Positions 62,474 through 64,000 of a stretch of DNA of 64,000 nucleotides are shown here, piece after piece (the stretch's first letter is position 1; each line of letters starts with the position of its first letter). The notes below the pieces were generated by a model. It made no database searches. It saw nothing but the letters and a program-made list of their open reading frames with translations, and was not told where the DNA came from. A program made the position numbers and the translations under genes. The DNA lies in NCBI GenBank assembly GCA_001949185.1, contig BDGG01000011.1:889552-953551 (forward strand). The letters are read 5' to 3'. The stretch comes from Ramazzottius varieornatus. Taxonomy: Eukaryota > Animalia > Tardigrada.

Positions 62474-63510
62474 TTATGCTGCAGAAGTCGAATTGTCTGT
62501 CCCGGCCAACGAAAGTGGTGGCTCGGCTTTGGAGAACGCAGCTTTTGTTTCTGGTGCCAACAACAAACCGAGCTTGGTTTCGTTCGTCAAGTCATTCAAT
62601 TGAGGCAATATGATGTTCATAAAGGATTCATAGAAGCAATCGTTAAAAATTTTTGACGGTGCAGTGATCAGGTGCTTCTCAGAAAACTTGTCTAGTGGGA
62701 AGCGTTTCCGGGCAAGGTGGTCTTCGGTTCCGCGGTTCTTCGGGGTCGAAGTTGTTCGGGTTCGAGGCTGTTGGGGAAAGTGGTATTCGGGTCTGGCTTT
62801 GATTTTTCGGGGCAAGAGTTCTTCGGGTTCGAGTATGTTGGGGGAAATTGTTATCAGGGTTCCAGGTACGGGGCCCAAGCCGTACCTCGCACTTCGTTAT
62901 TTGCTGGTATTTCTGCAAAAGATCGTTACATGCGGTGTATGCATTGTCTGAACGTATCGACATGAACAATTGACTCACGGACATTTGATTTGTAAGAATT
63001 GAACTCACGAAGTTTGTCCGTGTCATTCATTGCACGCTGGAAAATGTACAGCTGTTTCGAAAGTTCCGCCAAAACTGATAGGATAGGTTGAGGTGGCCAG
63101 GCGCACGAGAACGAGTTCGAGCTGTTTTGGCTGTACCACGTCCCGCTCCTGTCGGGACACTGAAGAGGACGATTGGGACTGAAGACGCGATTACTTTGAG
63201 TACGGTACTGATCTTCGATGCCACAAGCCGTTTTTACATTAAAGAAACCTAATGTTTCTGTGGCTGAGCCTCCGCCAACCGTCGGCTTCCCAGTGAAGCT
63301 GAAAGTTTTGCGAGAGGAATCCGATGTGCTGATGTCGCACCAGCACAAACCATAAAAAACTCCAGACGGTTCTGATTTCCCCCGACGGGGAGGCGGAGTT
63401 AAATGAAACTTGGTTTTTGACTGGCCATCGTGCTGTTTCCGGCAGCCCGTTGAACTTCCATGAAATTTCGTTTTCGAAGCTTTCGTTTAGTCCGACATTT
63501 TGTTTATCTC
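62474..63510 (-). pseudogene. Possible degenerate MATH/BTB-like gene remnant interrupted by repeats
   Basis: Protein-like fragments (FENEISWKFNGL..., VLAELSKQLYIFQRAMN..., KHLITAP...NIILPQL) in shifting frames; family assignment is weak. Confidence 0.25.
62720..62880 (-). repeat. Opposite-orientation arm of the 16-bp-periodic repeat family
   Basis: gttcttcggg-N6-gttgttcggg-N6-gctgttgggg; the terminus matches 42889-903. Confidence 0.7.
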
Positions 63511-64000
63511 CGCGATGTTGACTCAAAAATTGTCGCCTTTTCCATCATCAAAGATATCTAGCGACCTAGGAACGGAGTACCGAAGACAGAATCGAGGAAA
63601 TAGACTTACCCAGGACAGAATCGAGGAACTAGACTTTCCCCGACAAAACTTTTGTCGGGGAAAGTCTAATGTTCAGGTATTGTCTGGTGCATGGGCGGTT
63701 TGGGTTGCAGCTTTTTTGTGATCGAAAACCATGTATTTATCTTACTCGACAGGTTTTACTCACTTAGATGGCAGCACTCCCCACGCGAATCTCACCACTT
63801 ATCGTATTGAACTTTGGAAACCACACATTATTAACAATAAGTGTTGTAAACCATGTGTGCGGTTAGAACGAATAGCCTGAACGGTAATAAACTGACAAGC
63901 GTCGAAGAAGGTTACACCTGGTCACCGCGTTTCACTTTGAGCGCGATGATTTCTTTCTCTCTTTCTTTCTGCAGAAATTCCATTTGCTTCTCATAATCTG

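Overview
This is eukaryotic, intron-containing animal DNA, so the ORF track fragments the real genes and uses non-ATG starts. Short GT-AG introns (about 55-100 nt) and the gene families point to a eutardigrade genome; that assignment is inference. Apparently intact spliced genes: a divergent receptor guanylyl cyclase (-), an ENTH-RING fusion (+), an ENPP ectonucleotidase (+), an acid lipase (+), a 2-TM protein (-), LARGE (-), trichoplein (-), two secreted proteins sharing a Trp/Cys/Asp-rich C-terminal domain (probably AMNP/g12777-like; one also has chitin-binding-like and mucin modules), a FUT8/GT23-like fucosyltransferase (-) and a zinc-ligand-less astacin homologue (-). Between them lie decayed transposons (DIRS-type YR retroelement, pogo/Tigger, an intron-containing Tc4/Tc5-like element, a hAT MITE, several foldback MITEs), GPCR and cyclase pseudogene fragments and three 50-N gaps. 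The most striking unexplained signal is a dispersed, mostly intronic palindromic element, CCAAGTGGCGCA-N27-TGCGCCACTTGG. It occurs as 15 units at 9 loci. Spacer sequence is heavily diverged, yet spacer length (27 nt in 14 of 15 units) and tandem period (about 73 bp) are almost invariant.
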